This document shows positions 52,162 to 64,000 of a stretch of DNA of 64,000 bases, one piece after another. Source of the DNA: Vermamoeba vermiformis. Taxonomy: Eukaryota. The translations under genes and the position numbers were made by a program. The notes under the pieces are model-generated. The model did no database searches, had not been told where the DNA came from, and worked only from the letters and a program-made list of their open reading frames with translations. How positions within the stretch are numbered: position 1 is the first letter of the stretch; each line of letters starts with the position of its first letter. The stretch spans positions 124,001 to 188,000 of the forward strand of contig JBEWZL010000152.1 in assembly GCA_045837725.1 (NCBI GenBank), in the 5' to 3' direction.

Positions 52162-53764
52162 TTACGCCGATTTCTTTTTCTGTTCAAATTTCCAGCAGCC
52201 ATGCTCGCGGGCGTATTTGATGCACTCATTATAATTTGATATGCAACGTGCTTCGTTCCATTCACCTAAAAAAAGTCAGAGATACATAAGGTGCTGCTAA
52301 CTACGTACATCCAATTCGAGTCAAGTATGCCAAACTAGGTAAGTTTCCTTCTTCCGCAGCCTTTTGCAAATGCGTTGTGGTCCATTTCGCACCGCATTCC
52401 GTCATAAATTGCAGAATTTCTGGCGTTGAATGACATACTGCCACAGTTAAAACATCTTCGATATTAAAACCTTCCTTATTTGGAAACAGATTCCAAACGA
52501 AGTTGACGACTTCAATTTGCTTCGATAAGATTGCACTGATTAATATCTCCTTAAAGTTGTTCAACTTTAGATAGCATGATTCTTCAATCACTTCGCTTGT
52601 TGTGTCGGATATTTTTCTATTGTTGACAGGCGAAGACGCCTCATCATGCTTGTAATAAGGAAGATTTCGCTCAACAGCGATTTTCAAGCCTTCAATGCTG
52701 CCACGTCTAGCCAACAAAGTGTACACATCAAACCAGGCATATACGGATCGCGGTAAGTGATCGATAAAGAACTTCAATGTTTCCACTGAATCAGCAGCTC
52801 TATCGACTATACTTTCACACTCTGCGTCATCTATTGGTAATGGAATTCCGCTGTCAATTACGAAATGCAAATATTCCACATTTGTTTTTGCAGGCACTTT
52901 CCAGTCGAAATGTCTAGCAATTGTTTCAAGTCGAAATTTGCCAAGTAAGTACTTCAGGCACTCAATAGTCTTTATAGCCGTGGGCAGATTGATGAACTTT
53001 GAATTTTCTATTGCGTAGATCAAACAGTCTAGGTGCCCTTCTTCGGCCGCTGTCAGACTGCTATCGTAAAGTTCTGCGCCGTTCTGATGTGCATGCTTCA
53101 GAATCATCAGATTGCCACGCTTTGCTGCTTCTTCGCATATTGTAAGTGGTCGGTGCTGTCCATACACAAGAAAGCCTCGAGCTGCACCTTTCCAATTCAA
53201 GTTATACTCAATCATGAAGTTCAAACACTCTATCGTAGGTGTATAGCCGACTATCTGACCGCTATAGCCGTTTTGAAAGGCATACATGAGGCAGTCAATA
53301 TGTCCTTGACGAGCGATATTTGCAAATGCCAAGTGCAGTGAACTGCTGATCTGACAGGTCTGGTGCAAGTACTTGATCATTGACAACGAGCACGTGCCTT
53401 GAGTGCACGCAGCAAGCGCTGTTTGTTCATGTATTGGACAGCCATTCAAACGAAGATGTTTGAGCACTTCAACTTGACCACATCGTGCTGCACTCGAGCA
53501 TTGTTCTGACGTCCATTCGAAGTGCAATACGTTCTTAACATAGTCTAAGCATGATATGGAGCCATTCTCGATGAGATAAGCCATGCACTTGTTTTGATCC
53601 AGCACGTGAAACCGAGGGAATGGTTGAAACTCCTTGCAAAGCTTTCGGAACCATTTGCTTGTGGCTCGTAGGAATATTGTGTCGTAAAGATTCAAAAAAT
53701 TGAATATTACGCCCCAAGAATCTTTTGGTATCGAGGTAAAAGCGGATGCAAATTCGGTTGACAT
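52162..53764 (-). CDS. F-box + ankyrin-repeat protein, copy C
   Basis: ATG at 53764; F-box IPKDSWGVIFNFLNLYDTIFLRATSKWFRKLC; shared ankyrin block; last exon CIKYAREHGCWKFEQKKKSA*. Confidence 0.85.
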
Positions 53765-54056
53765 CCCTAAAACTAGCTGACGTTATATAATATTTTTAGA
53801 ATAAAAATAATTAGGGCAATAATATAATAATTAAATATTATCTTTTTTGAAGGTGACCTGAAAATCAGGTTTCAAGCCTTTTTAACTTACGTGTCGTAAT
53901 TATAAAACTCTTATTCCCCTATTTTGTGGATAAAATTTGACCTTTGTGGTGGTTAGGAAGCGGATTGAAAACAATAATTGATTTGTGAATCTTCGGTTCT
54001 CTTCACCTTTTAAAAGTTTATTATTTAACAACTATATTGTACAAAAACATTCCTTT

Positions 54057-56421
54057 TTACACATCAACACTATCGTTAGTTGATCCGTCAGGAGGAGTGC
54101 TAATCGGATTAGCCACAGTGGTCGTAGTGGCACGCATTGAGTGGCCCGAATTCGCCGATTTGTTGGAGGTCGATGAAGTTTTACCGTTAGGAGTCTTAAA
54201 TAAGTATATTCTAGCCCACGAATCGAGCATCAACAGCGCGTAGATGAACGCGGATGCTGTCACGTGAGGAATTGGCACCGATGAAATTTCAGGGGCAATG
54301 AATATGATAACGGGTATCAATGAGACGACTCTCGTAGTGCCATTGATAATAATCTTCTTATTGATCTGGATATTTATTTGCGTTAGCACGTGACTCACGA
54401 ATATTTCCTTTTATAGTAATTTGAATGAGACGTACCGTTCGAAGTTTCATTTTTCTGCCTTGACGCATGTTGTTTGCGTGTTTGACTTGTTTGCTGACTT
54501 TAACGACAGTAATAATATAAAAGACTAAGAAGGCAACGGAAACGATGACGTAGATGATGATGAGCGGTGTAGTGACGCTGAAGTTCAAGAAATAGCCCAA
54601 AATTGTCACCAATTGCAGCACGACAATGAATCCGATAATAAACACGAAGAAAAACACCTTGAACTTGGACAAGAACGGGTAGACTTTCACCGACGCGTCT
54701 GTCAGCGCTTCGTACCTATCACAATAAAACCGTTTGTTAGCGTTAAAGAGAAAACAGTTTGTCAGTGACAATGATTCATAAGCAAATGAATAAACACTGC
54801 CTTGGAATTGACACTGAGTGTCAAAGTGTCAAAGTGTCAAATTTAAATTTAACGGCTCCGCTCCGAAAAAATCCATTTCTGACCCAACCCGAATGTTGTT
54901 CGGAATATGCTTACCAATAGAACGTGATCAATATGAACGTGGCAACTTCATAAGGAAAGCTGATCGTGGTGACGAATGAAAATGCTTGGCCGTACACTCC
55001 GAAGCAGCCGAACGGATCCACAGGCAAATAGATCAATCGCACTAAGATAGAAAGTATATAATAAGCATTTAATAAATCAAATGAAACTCGACTATGATTT
55101 AAGAGTAAAACTTGCCAAATTAAGATGAAAATATCTTTTTGATTAAGTAACGAAGACCGCCTCCGCGCTCAATAAATTCATCGGAAAAAGATGCAATATT
55201 ATCGTACTTACGTAAATTAGCGATAATTTCCAAAGCGAGCGATACTTGAGGCACGCTAAATTGGTGGCCTTGATGACGAATAAAAAGAATCATTTTGTAC
55301 AGCGCGTAAATGATTAGCGCTACTGCCGCTGCAGGCAATAGTGCTCTGAATACGACGATGACTCCGGTATTAACGATGGTACGGATCCAGGGACTTCCTA
55401 TTTTGGAAATTTGTAAATTAATTAGTGTACGGCCGATATCCGTATATACGGTTATATTCCGAATAAATTTGATAATTACTATACTCTCGATTTCTCGATT
55501 TTCATTTTACGAAATTCCACTTCACGAATCCAGACAGAAATTTGATGCCAAATTTAATGCCACGCCAATAAATTAAATGATTATGATAAACAATGGTTGC
55601 ATGAAGATGAAATAACAAAATAAAAATTCAAAATATCGGCAGTTCCACTGGCAAAATGTTTGCCTCCATCATCCAAACTTTGCAAGAATTTCACGAGAAA
55701 GATTTTTGTGCGACACGGTATACGAAGACGTACCTTCAGAAGTAAGCGTTGCATTGACTACGGTACCGTTCATCAGTGCATTAAGAATTGGCTGGAATTT
55801 TTTGTTGCTGATCTCGGCCATCGGGATCGTAACAACACCGCTTGGGTGATTTGCTGTGAGACCGCATCCGCTCTGACCAGGAACCACTATGAATCAAAAT
55901 TAATATAATTTCATGAAATAATGATTTAAGTGATAATAATCTTATAATGTGCACATTGAAGTACACATGGATGCACAACGTATTAAATTTTCGGGGCTAC
56001 GTACGCGCACTACTTCCGTATAATACGGCAATTGCTCCTCGGTCTTGAAAATCTTTTACGGAGGCAACGAATGTTAAGTAATCGCCCTTTGGAAAATAAA
56101 CTATTTTGCCTTGCAAATCCGTAGCACCGGATTCTGTCAATGTCGCAGAAACTTCGTCAAAGATACTATTCAAATCATCACCTACATCAAATAATATATT
56201 AATATGCGGGATTTGGTGCTTTTAGGCAATTTCAAACGATAAATTTTTCTCGTCTCGAAACAAATCCGTCGCGTACCTTCCCAATAATACTGCGACGTTT
56301 CGAGGCTGAAGTTGCCAATAATAGGGTCGTCGATTATCAGTCTAGCGCTAGCTTCGTTCGCGAGTAATCCAATTGCAATGGCAATCGCTACACAAATCAA
56401 ATAATGACCGAGTAATTTCAT
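54057..56421 (-). CDS. Signal peptide + PA-like domain + 7TM receptor-like protein, paralog 4; 7 exons
   Basis: MKLLGHYLICVAIAIAIGLLANEASA; QYYWEG; LQGKIV; GQSGC; IPMAEI; FSVPQV; DPFGCFG; DSWARIYLF; closest to paralog 1. Confidence 0.87.
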
Positions 56422-56797
56422 CGCGTTTGCCAAAGTAGATCCAGTAGCGACTTGTGGTCGGTTGTGTTCTCGAATAATGTTGGAATGAAAACGCTTTCTC
56501 ATCATAGTTTTTAAATTTCGCCGCGTGCGCACCTTTTGACAACTTATCAATGTGCATCCGCTCGTGGGATCTTATGAGTACGCCAAGTACACATATCTTC
56601 TGTGCACTAATTGCAATTATCGATTGAGTCGTATAATACTCCGTAAACCGTTACGAAACGATTTCGATAAGTTTACCTAACTTAATTTTCGAATGCCTAA
56701 CACGCACGTTAAAAAATTAATTTTATTATTATACAATGAAATCAACGTGACGTACTTGTTGTTGTTATCTCCAAAGTAGCACTCCTTCTATAATACA

Positions 56798-59033
56798 CTA
56801 TCCACGAGCCTCGCTTGCAATGATATCCTCGTTCGTCGAAGTTGGTACAGGAGGCACATCCGACGATCTGTTTTCATTTGCAATGGCATTACTTGACTTG
56901 CGTGAATGAGGTACTGTGAACAAATATATCCTAGCCCACGAATCAAGCATGATGAACGCATAAATGAATGCTGAATCGATCACGTGGGGCACTGGCACGT
57001 CATTAACCGTAAGGGGAATGAACACGAGCACGGGGATCAGGGCCAAGAGTCGTGTCACACCGTTGAGTATAATCTTCATATTAAGCTATAATATGAGAGA
57101 CGTTAGTACCTTGATTATATTGCCCAATTCGCGGAGCGAACAGTATTTCACCGCGTCGGAATAAATTTTGCGGATGTGATCTGGATGCGGCAATGGTTTT
57201 TTCGCTACATAATCATTACTTACCTTTTTAATACTCTTACTATCCTTTACTCGCATATTTCGATTCTGGTGCACCTTCTTGGTTATTTTGGCGACGATGA
57301 CTATGTAGAAAATGACGAAAATGACTGATACGCCAGTGTAGATGATAATCAACGGAAAAGTGATGTTGAATGCCAAAACTAGGCCCAATATGCTCACTAC
57401 GAGCATCGCTGTTAAGAATCCAATCGCTATGATGAAAAACGCAATGCGGGATCTTTTCAGAAACGGATACACTTTGATACTCGCATCCGTAATGGCTTCG
57501 TACCTTAAATACACAAGTGAGCATCCCAATACCTTAAAATTCAAAAATGTGCTCAAAAAATAAATTTCAATCGGATCTGGGTTGATGAATGATGACCTGT
57601 CTCCGACTTGAAGAATCACAATCTGACAGTATCTAGCGTGCGTATATCTAATTAAATATTATTCAGCTTACCAATAAAGTGTAATAAGCATGAACGTAGC
57701 AACGTCGAATGGAAAACTAATCGTAGTCAGCAATGGAAATGCGAAGCCATAAACACCAAAGCAGCCGAACGGATCTACCGCGAAATAGACAACTCGAACT
57801 AAAATACAAAAATAGCGTTAACATAATACTAAGAAATTATGCCTATAAATAGATTGGCTCCGATTTGTTTGCGATCTCGGAAGTGCCTTCCGTTACACGA
57901 GCATGCTCGGCTTCACCTTATTAAACTAGCGATGAAAATATTACATACGTATATTAGCGATGATTTCTAGAGCTAAGCAGACTTGAGGCACGTTGAAGAC
58001 TGAGCCTTGAGCGCGGATGAACATGATCAGCTTGTACAACGCATAGCCGATTAGACCAACCGCAGCTCCAGCCAATATGACACGAAAAACTACTATGACT
58101 GCTACCGATCGCAGCGTACTTGTCCAAATATTACCTAATTAAGAATCAGATCTGGTATGAATACTGACGTTTTTTGCAAAAAATTGCTGCAATAGCCATA
58201 TCGCAATTATCACCATTTAGAAAATAATACAATTGCAGTATGTAGCTGTTTTCGATACAATTTGAGAAAGTGGAAGCGACATCCAGTAAAGATTGAAAAT
58301 TAATTCAGTACGTACCATCAGACGCTAAGTTAGCTGCAATGAGCTGACCTTTCAATACACCCTCAAGTATTGGTTGAAAATCAGCTGCATATATTTCTGC
58401 AACGGGGATGCTGACTTCGCTCGTTTGAGTTCCGCCGGCCAAAGCACAGCCACTTCGCCCGGGAATAGCTATCGATTGAATTAATTAATATTTATATTCA
58501 TTCAACGCCGTTTGAGCTTATTCCCGTGGATTAAATGAGAAAATTGAGCTAATTTTACCTAATCCAGCAAGGTTTTGTTTTCTCTCGAATCCGAGAATGA
58601 TTCAATTCATTATCTCAAAGTATTAATTACCTGAAGTAGATCCATATAACACTGCTGCTCCTCCAGCATTTTGTATTCTTTGAACCTCTGATAGAAAAAA
58701 GCTATCGCCTACTTTTGCCAAGTATACGATCCTGTTTTTGAGCTGTGATTGTGAGGCATCTGCTAGAAATCCTGATACCGGATCGAACAGAGTTCCTAGT
58801 TCATCGCCTATATAATATGTATATTAGCGTCGGTAATTAAAAAAAAAATTTTTTCTCGCTACGCTTGATCCGGATGGAAAACGGAAATATATTGGCTTGC
58901 CTTTAAAGTAATATTGCGCCGACGGCAAGGTAGTATTATACCGAGGTACTGTTAGTGTCGCCGATACTTTAAACACTGCATAACTCGATAATAATACGAG
59001 CAAACATATTTGTGTTGATCGACTGATATTCAT
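56798..59033 (-). CDS. Signal peptide + PA-like domain + 7TM receptor-like protein, paralog 5; 7 exons, first intron GC-AG
   Basis: MNISRSTQICLLVLLSSYAVFKVSA; QYYFKG|gcaagc; GRSGC; IPVAEI; FNVPQV; DPFGCFG; ITLYW; DSWARIYLF. Confidence 0.85.
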
Positions 59034-59741
59034 TTACATATAGGCAGATTGAAATAGTAATATACCAAACAGCACTTGATCGCTGTTTAACTCGTTTAGT
59101 TTGTAAAGAACAATAAAAATGACGCGTTGAGTTGGGTAAAATGAGTGACAGGCAAATTTTAGTGGATTTCGATGCAAACTCGGTTGCATGCATCTCCAAA
59201 GTTATAAAAGATCTAACGGCTGTGAATTTTATGCCTACATAAAGAGGTAACGCAATTAATATAAGATTCAGCGGGTTACTAAAACTCGAGCTCGAGATTT
59301 GCTGTAACGCACGTTCAATAGTCAATAGAAAACGTTATTTTAGTAATATCGCCATTAAGTGACATCAAGGGACGGCGAAACGGGGCTGATCCGATTAGCC
59401 GAAATTTTTAAAAGATTAATTTGTATTTCATAATAATTCAGACTCCCCGAAAACCTTACAATTTACTAATTTAGAAGCTAAGGTCCATAACGCAATTTTT
59501 TAATAAATTATTGAGAAGATTTACGCTTACCTAAGTCGCTCAATCCGAGCAGATTTGCAATCTTCTTCAAAGTTTATCCTCCCATGCTTCCCAACGCTGC
59601 GTTGATCTTCGTTGTGTAATAACTGATGGCACGTTATATTATTACTTCATAAGGTCAGTGGCTCACGTGAGCGCGTGCTGCATAATAATGAGAAAATCTT
59701 ATTTTTTGCATTTTACCGCCCGCTCGAACAACAATACAATA

Positions 59742-60762
59742 ATGGAACAAAAAATGCAAAATTTAGAAGTGTCTGATAAACCCGGACAAGGTACGTAATA
59801 TTTAGATCTTTTAGCCAACAAAGTAATGGCCAAATAATATAAAAATATATTATTGTGACTTCGTTTTTTGCTTTAAAAGTAACCCACAAAATTCTAAATA
59901 TAATATTCGCTTACTACATTAATAAGAAATTTTTCTTAATTGGGAATTTACGATTTGCCCTTCTTAAACCTTCGGATAATTTTGATTTTAGTTCGATCCA
60001 CTTTAATAATAAATTGCGTTTTAATTATTTAGTGCGATACTTCACGGAAGATGAGCTTCGCCAATATAATGGAGCAACAGATTCGACTCCGATCTACATT
60101 GCAGTAAAGGGAAAGGTAAATTTATTTTTATCCGTGTAACAAGGCAAAACCAAAGAACAAAATATTATTATAATATTACAAGAAATTCATTTTGAAGTAA
60201 ATCAATTAAAATTACTCTGCTTTATGTACATTTGTATTTCCCGATCGCGTCAAAAACTGACCATTGCAATATAGGTCTACGATATTTCAGCCAAGCGCGA
60301 ATTCTATGGCCCAGGATCGTCTTACAATGCATTTGCAGGCCGAAATGCGACGAGGTACTACAAATTTCAGTTCAGAACTTAAAATTTCAATACCATTACG
60401 TCAGATCCGAGCCTTCTTTGGGCAACGTAATACCAATATAGTTATTAATTCATTATTTCACCAGAGCACTTGCTAAAAGCTCGTTGAATCCTGCTGACAT
60501 TGATAACCCTTCAATTGCCGATTTGAGCAAGGACGAAATCTCTACTCTGAATGATTGGGTGATGCACGTAAGTACCTCCATATAATTTCATATGAAACTA
60601 GTATAAAACCTTGCAAAATTGATGCTTCGAACTTGGAGAAGATTCAGTTCGGTTACGCGAGCCTACTCCTATCGCGATCGAGTTAATAACAGCTTCTTTT
60701 TATAGTACGAGTCCAAATACCCGACTGCTGGCTATTTACTCCAAGATAAGAGTAAGATCTAG
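59742..60762 (+). CDS. Cytochrome b5-like heme/steroid-binding (MAPR family; neudesin/PGRMC-like) protein; 5 exons
   Basis: RYFTEDELRQYNG...PIYIAVKGK|VYDISAKREFYGPGSSYNAFAGRNATR|ALAKSSL...LNDWVMH|YESKYPTAGYL. Confidence 0.92.
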
Positions 60763-61059
60763 TGATTTGAGCGGTCTTGAAACAATTCCCAGCGAGTACG
60801 AATTGTAATTGTAATTTATTAGCCTTATTCAAGTATAAATGTAAATTTAATCGAAACAACCTCATTGTACACCAATTACATAACAACTAGGAGACTTAGG
60901 CTTGCAGTTAGTGTAATTTCATAGAACGGAGTTTTGGTAGAAATTTTTGCGAATAGTAAAAGAACACAGTACTATAAGATCTAGTACTAGATCGAATTTT
61001 AAATGCTCTAAATCTCTTACTATTTATTGCACGATACGAGTGGTGGTGATCTTAGCCCG

Positions 61060-63251
61060 ATGGAAAGAAATAACTACAGAAAGAACGTTAAGCGGCCAGA
61101 GGTGGAAAAAAATCAAGAAAAATTGACGTGTGTGCCTACGGATAAATTAAAGGTAAGGGCAAGCAGCTCTAAGCTTTAACGGTCAATAAAATTTAAATTA
61201 TTAAAATGAGAAATTTTAAATAATTCTAATTTATAATCGCTGTTCAGGCCCTAATTGCTCGAGTAAATAAATATTAATTTGCTAAATTACTAATACGGTT
61301 ATTATTTACAGCCGCTGCAAGGTGATCGCAAAAATATCGTGCTCTTTACGGTTGGCTCATTTTGTCCCGTTCACTATAATCACGTAAGTTTGTCTAGGAT
61401 CTCTATTTTAAAAATATTCTCAAATTTTGAATATTTAATTGAGTAGCATTCAATGAAATGTGGATGCGCATGGCGCGTACTCGATTGCCGCTATTTATCA
61501 TTTGCCCGTACTATTTGTGGCCAAAACTTACAAAAATCAATAATAAGTGGCCTTATATACCCTTATATCCACAAATTATTTCAATCGATGCACAAGAAAA
61601 AGAACAGAAACCGACCCAAAATAATGTCGCATCCGTTTTGCGTCGCGCTTCATTAACCGTTGCTTATGACGTAATGGTTTGGGCGAGTTGTATACGGTGC
61701 ACGTTATGTTATTAACTGTGAAATCACCTTCTGGACGAGTACATGTTTGGGAGCGTTATATAGATTCGTTTCAGCAATGGAACAAATTCAGATCAGGTCT
61801 TTCACAAGTTGTAGCTTATCGGTCGGAGTGGTTCATCGTCTTCTTATCTTTAAATTACTGGATTATCTGGATAAGTACACGTTGGCATACTTCGTCAGAG
61901 CTGCAGCTTTGAAATACTTCGATTTGCGACCTGTTAGCGGTGAATTCATCGTGGACAGGTCACTTACCCCCCCTATGGTCATACGACTATAGATCTATCA
62001 CTTGACGCAACCACCGTGCACTCTCCCGTTCAATTTCTTTTTTGCTTCCGCTCGATCCTCGATCCTACTTCCGTTTTTACTCTCGCCTATATCTTTCTTT
62101 ATTTACTATAATGTACTTGGGTGGAAGTGATAATAATATACATGTACAGATCCGCATGATGACTGCAGCCAAAGAGTACCTCGAAAACAGCGGCAAGTTT
62201 TTGGTAGTCGGTGGATTTCTTTCAATAACGTAAGGCATTTATTTGGAGAACACTATAGTATACTTCTATTGTCCGTTGAATTTGGTGCATGACTAACGAG
62301 ATGCTCTCGGACAGACCTGACGATCGTTTGAAAAAGAAAGTTGGAGCTGATCTGGCGATACCAGCAGTCCATCGTCGTGAAATGTGCAATATATTAGCGT
62401 CAGATCTGGATTGGCTTGCTATTGAAACTTCGCAGTACACGCACAACACCAACACTGCCGCGGCAAAACGACTTGTACAAAACGTTGTAGATCTGCATTA
62501 TGGACGTAAGTTTCGGTTATTATTATCGTATTTATGTATATTGATGCGATAAGGCATTGCAAATATTATTTCCTGCTAGCTCGTGCGAGATTGTTCGTGG
62601 AGCTATTTCTGGATTATTCCGCCCAGCGAAACGAAAAAGTTACCTTTAATGGTCGGATAGTATCCACTAGTGCCTCCTCGAATTTCTCCTCGTGCATCTT
62701 AAATAATTAAAGCACAAATCGATTAATTTGGAAAGACCTCTTTGTGCACCTGGATCCGGGATTCGGATCTCTTTGGTCATTCACGAAAAATAGTAGACTT
62801 ACATTTGTATTCGCAGCTAATCGTGTCTCTGTCATGTCAGTATCTGGTGGTGACTCGTTCCTGAAAATCAAGTCGCAGAAGACCTTTGATGAAGGTACAT
62901 TCCTATCGGGATCGCGCACGTTGAAAACTCGTTAACTGACAGTTTCCTATGCTAGGACTCGTTGTAGTCATTAATAGAAAGGTCGATTTTGACATTCATG
63001 CCCAAATTGCTGCTCACCCATTCGTTAATCACATGCTCGACAAGTCCGTATTCATTCTTTGGGAAGATAACTGGGAAAACACTGAAATGAGCTCCACTAA
63101 GATCAGAAACGCCCTATTAGAAGACAGTGATAGTGTAAATAACAATACGAACAATAACAACGCAAATGACGGCGCTAACCCGCCGCTGCTGGATCCGCGC
63201 ATCTACAAGTACATGAAGGAACATAATTTGTTGTATAAAAGGAAGAGATAA
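61060..63251 (+). CDS. NMNAT: Nicotinamide/nicotinate mononucleotide adenylyltransferase-like protein, multi-exon with one 766-nt intron
   Basis: GSFCPVHYNH|IRMMTAAKEYL...VVGGFLS; HRREMC; GGDSF; LVVVINR; MSSTKIRNAL; LDPRIYKYMKEHNL. Confidence 0.82.
61681..62043 (+). ncRNA. Candidate structured non-coding RNA (identity unknown) inside NMNAT intron 61384-62149
   Basis: Terminal helix 61681-61699/62012-62027, second long-range helix 61753-61765/61993-62008, hairpins 61895-61912, 61928-61961, 61973-61992; G-U pairs favour the + strand; T6 run 62038-62043. Confidence 0.5.
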
Positions 63252-63752
63252 ATGTAAATAGTATCTTGCGAAATTACTAACAAATTTGGAATATTTTTCA
63301 AAAGATTTTCGACATCGAGGCACACATTTCTTAATAGTTAAAATTAATTGCAACTAAAGATTCGACCTGCGGTATCACTATGTGACAGATTGCCGAATAG
63401 GAACTCCCGTGGCAACTGATAATGAGAATAGTTGTATTGTTGTGTCTATAATGCGGTCTAGCTTCATTTGCCGCCGAAATGGAACAAAAAACTTTCAAAG
63501 TTGCATTTTGTGTATCATCAATGAAAACTTGCTTGATTGCCGTCCAATAACATTATTGAGCATTAAATATGTACCTTCGATAGTATCATTATTGCAATGC
63601 CGCTTAGTTGCATGATTCAATTTCAAATTCAACAAAGATTTTTAGATCGAGTAACAAAGATTGATTGCATTTAAAATTTATTCGCAATAAATAAGTGGGA
63701 TTCTATTGTACAAGGGAAAATAAATAAAACGGTTTGTGATTACCACGACTAT

Positions 63753-64000
63753 TTACACGCCAAGCAGCTTGTTGGATCCAAACTTGACAATCTGCGCGCT
63801 CCAAAAAACAAAAATGGCTGCTAATATGATTATTGAACGTTGATAGAACTTCGGCCTGTTGAATAAGAAAGCTGTACATAGCAAGAGAAATCCAATTACT
63901 CCTGTAAGCACGATCGGGATCAGTTTCACTGCTCTAGATTTCGGAATAAAAATTCTTACCTGCTCGTATACTTGAATCAAATGAAGGACCAATTATTATG
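63753..64000 (-). CDS. 3' end of a membrane-protein gene running off the window edge
   Basis: Open frame with two hydrophobic segments (LIPIVLTGVIGFLLLCTAFLF, IIILAAIFVFW) ending at stop 63753. Confidence 0.45.

Noticed and set aside
61779-61797. GAACAAATTCAGATCA resembling RNase P conserved region V
   Set aside because: It lies near the 5' end of the folded region with no upstream CR-I partner in the required order
61453-61992. Short ORFs inside the NMNAT intron as a nested gene or extra exons
   Set aside because: The flanking exons join perfectly (HYNH|IRMM) and the ORFs have no protein-like motifs; an RNA structure explains the region better

Overview
Gene-dense, AT-rich nuclear DNA from an intron-rich unicellular eukaryote, probably an amoebozoan-type protist (inferred from gene content and short GT-AG introns). 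About 26 genes were reconstructed by hand across introns. Conserved genes: RNMT/ABD1, RPAC1/POLR1C, an SPT2-like chromatin factor, TECR/TSC13, TMEM192, a cytochrome-b5-like MAPR protein, NMNAT, a BPI/LBP protein and a villin-family protein. Lineage-specific material includes five paralogous 7-exon genes for signal peptide + PA-like domain + 7TM receptor-like proteins, three F-box/ankyrin genes sharing a homogenised ~209-bp block, an LRR gene, two predicted pseudokinases (one fused to a RING finger) and two secreted propeller/EGF proteins. Most of the expanded families lie in a ~20-kb island at 38.9-59.0 kb. The 766-nt NMNAT intron contains a ~350-nt stretch that folds into many helices and ends in a T-run, a candidate unannotated structured RNA. 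Three single-base frameshifts are probably assembly errors. No CRISPR array, tRNA, rRNA or autonomous transposon was seen. Family assignments come from motif recognition only; no searches were run.
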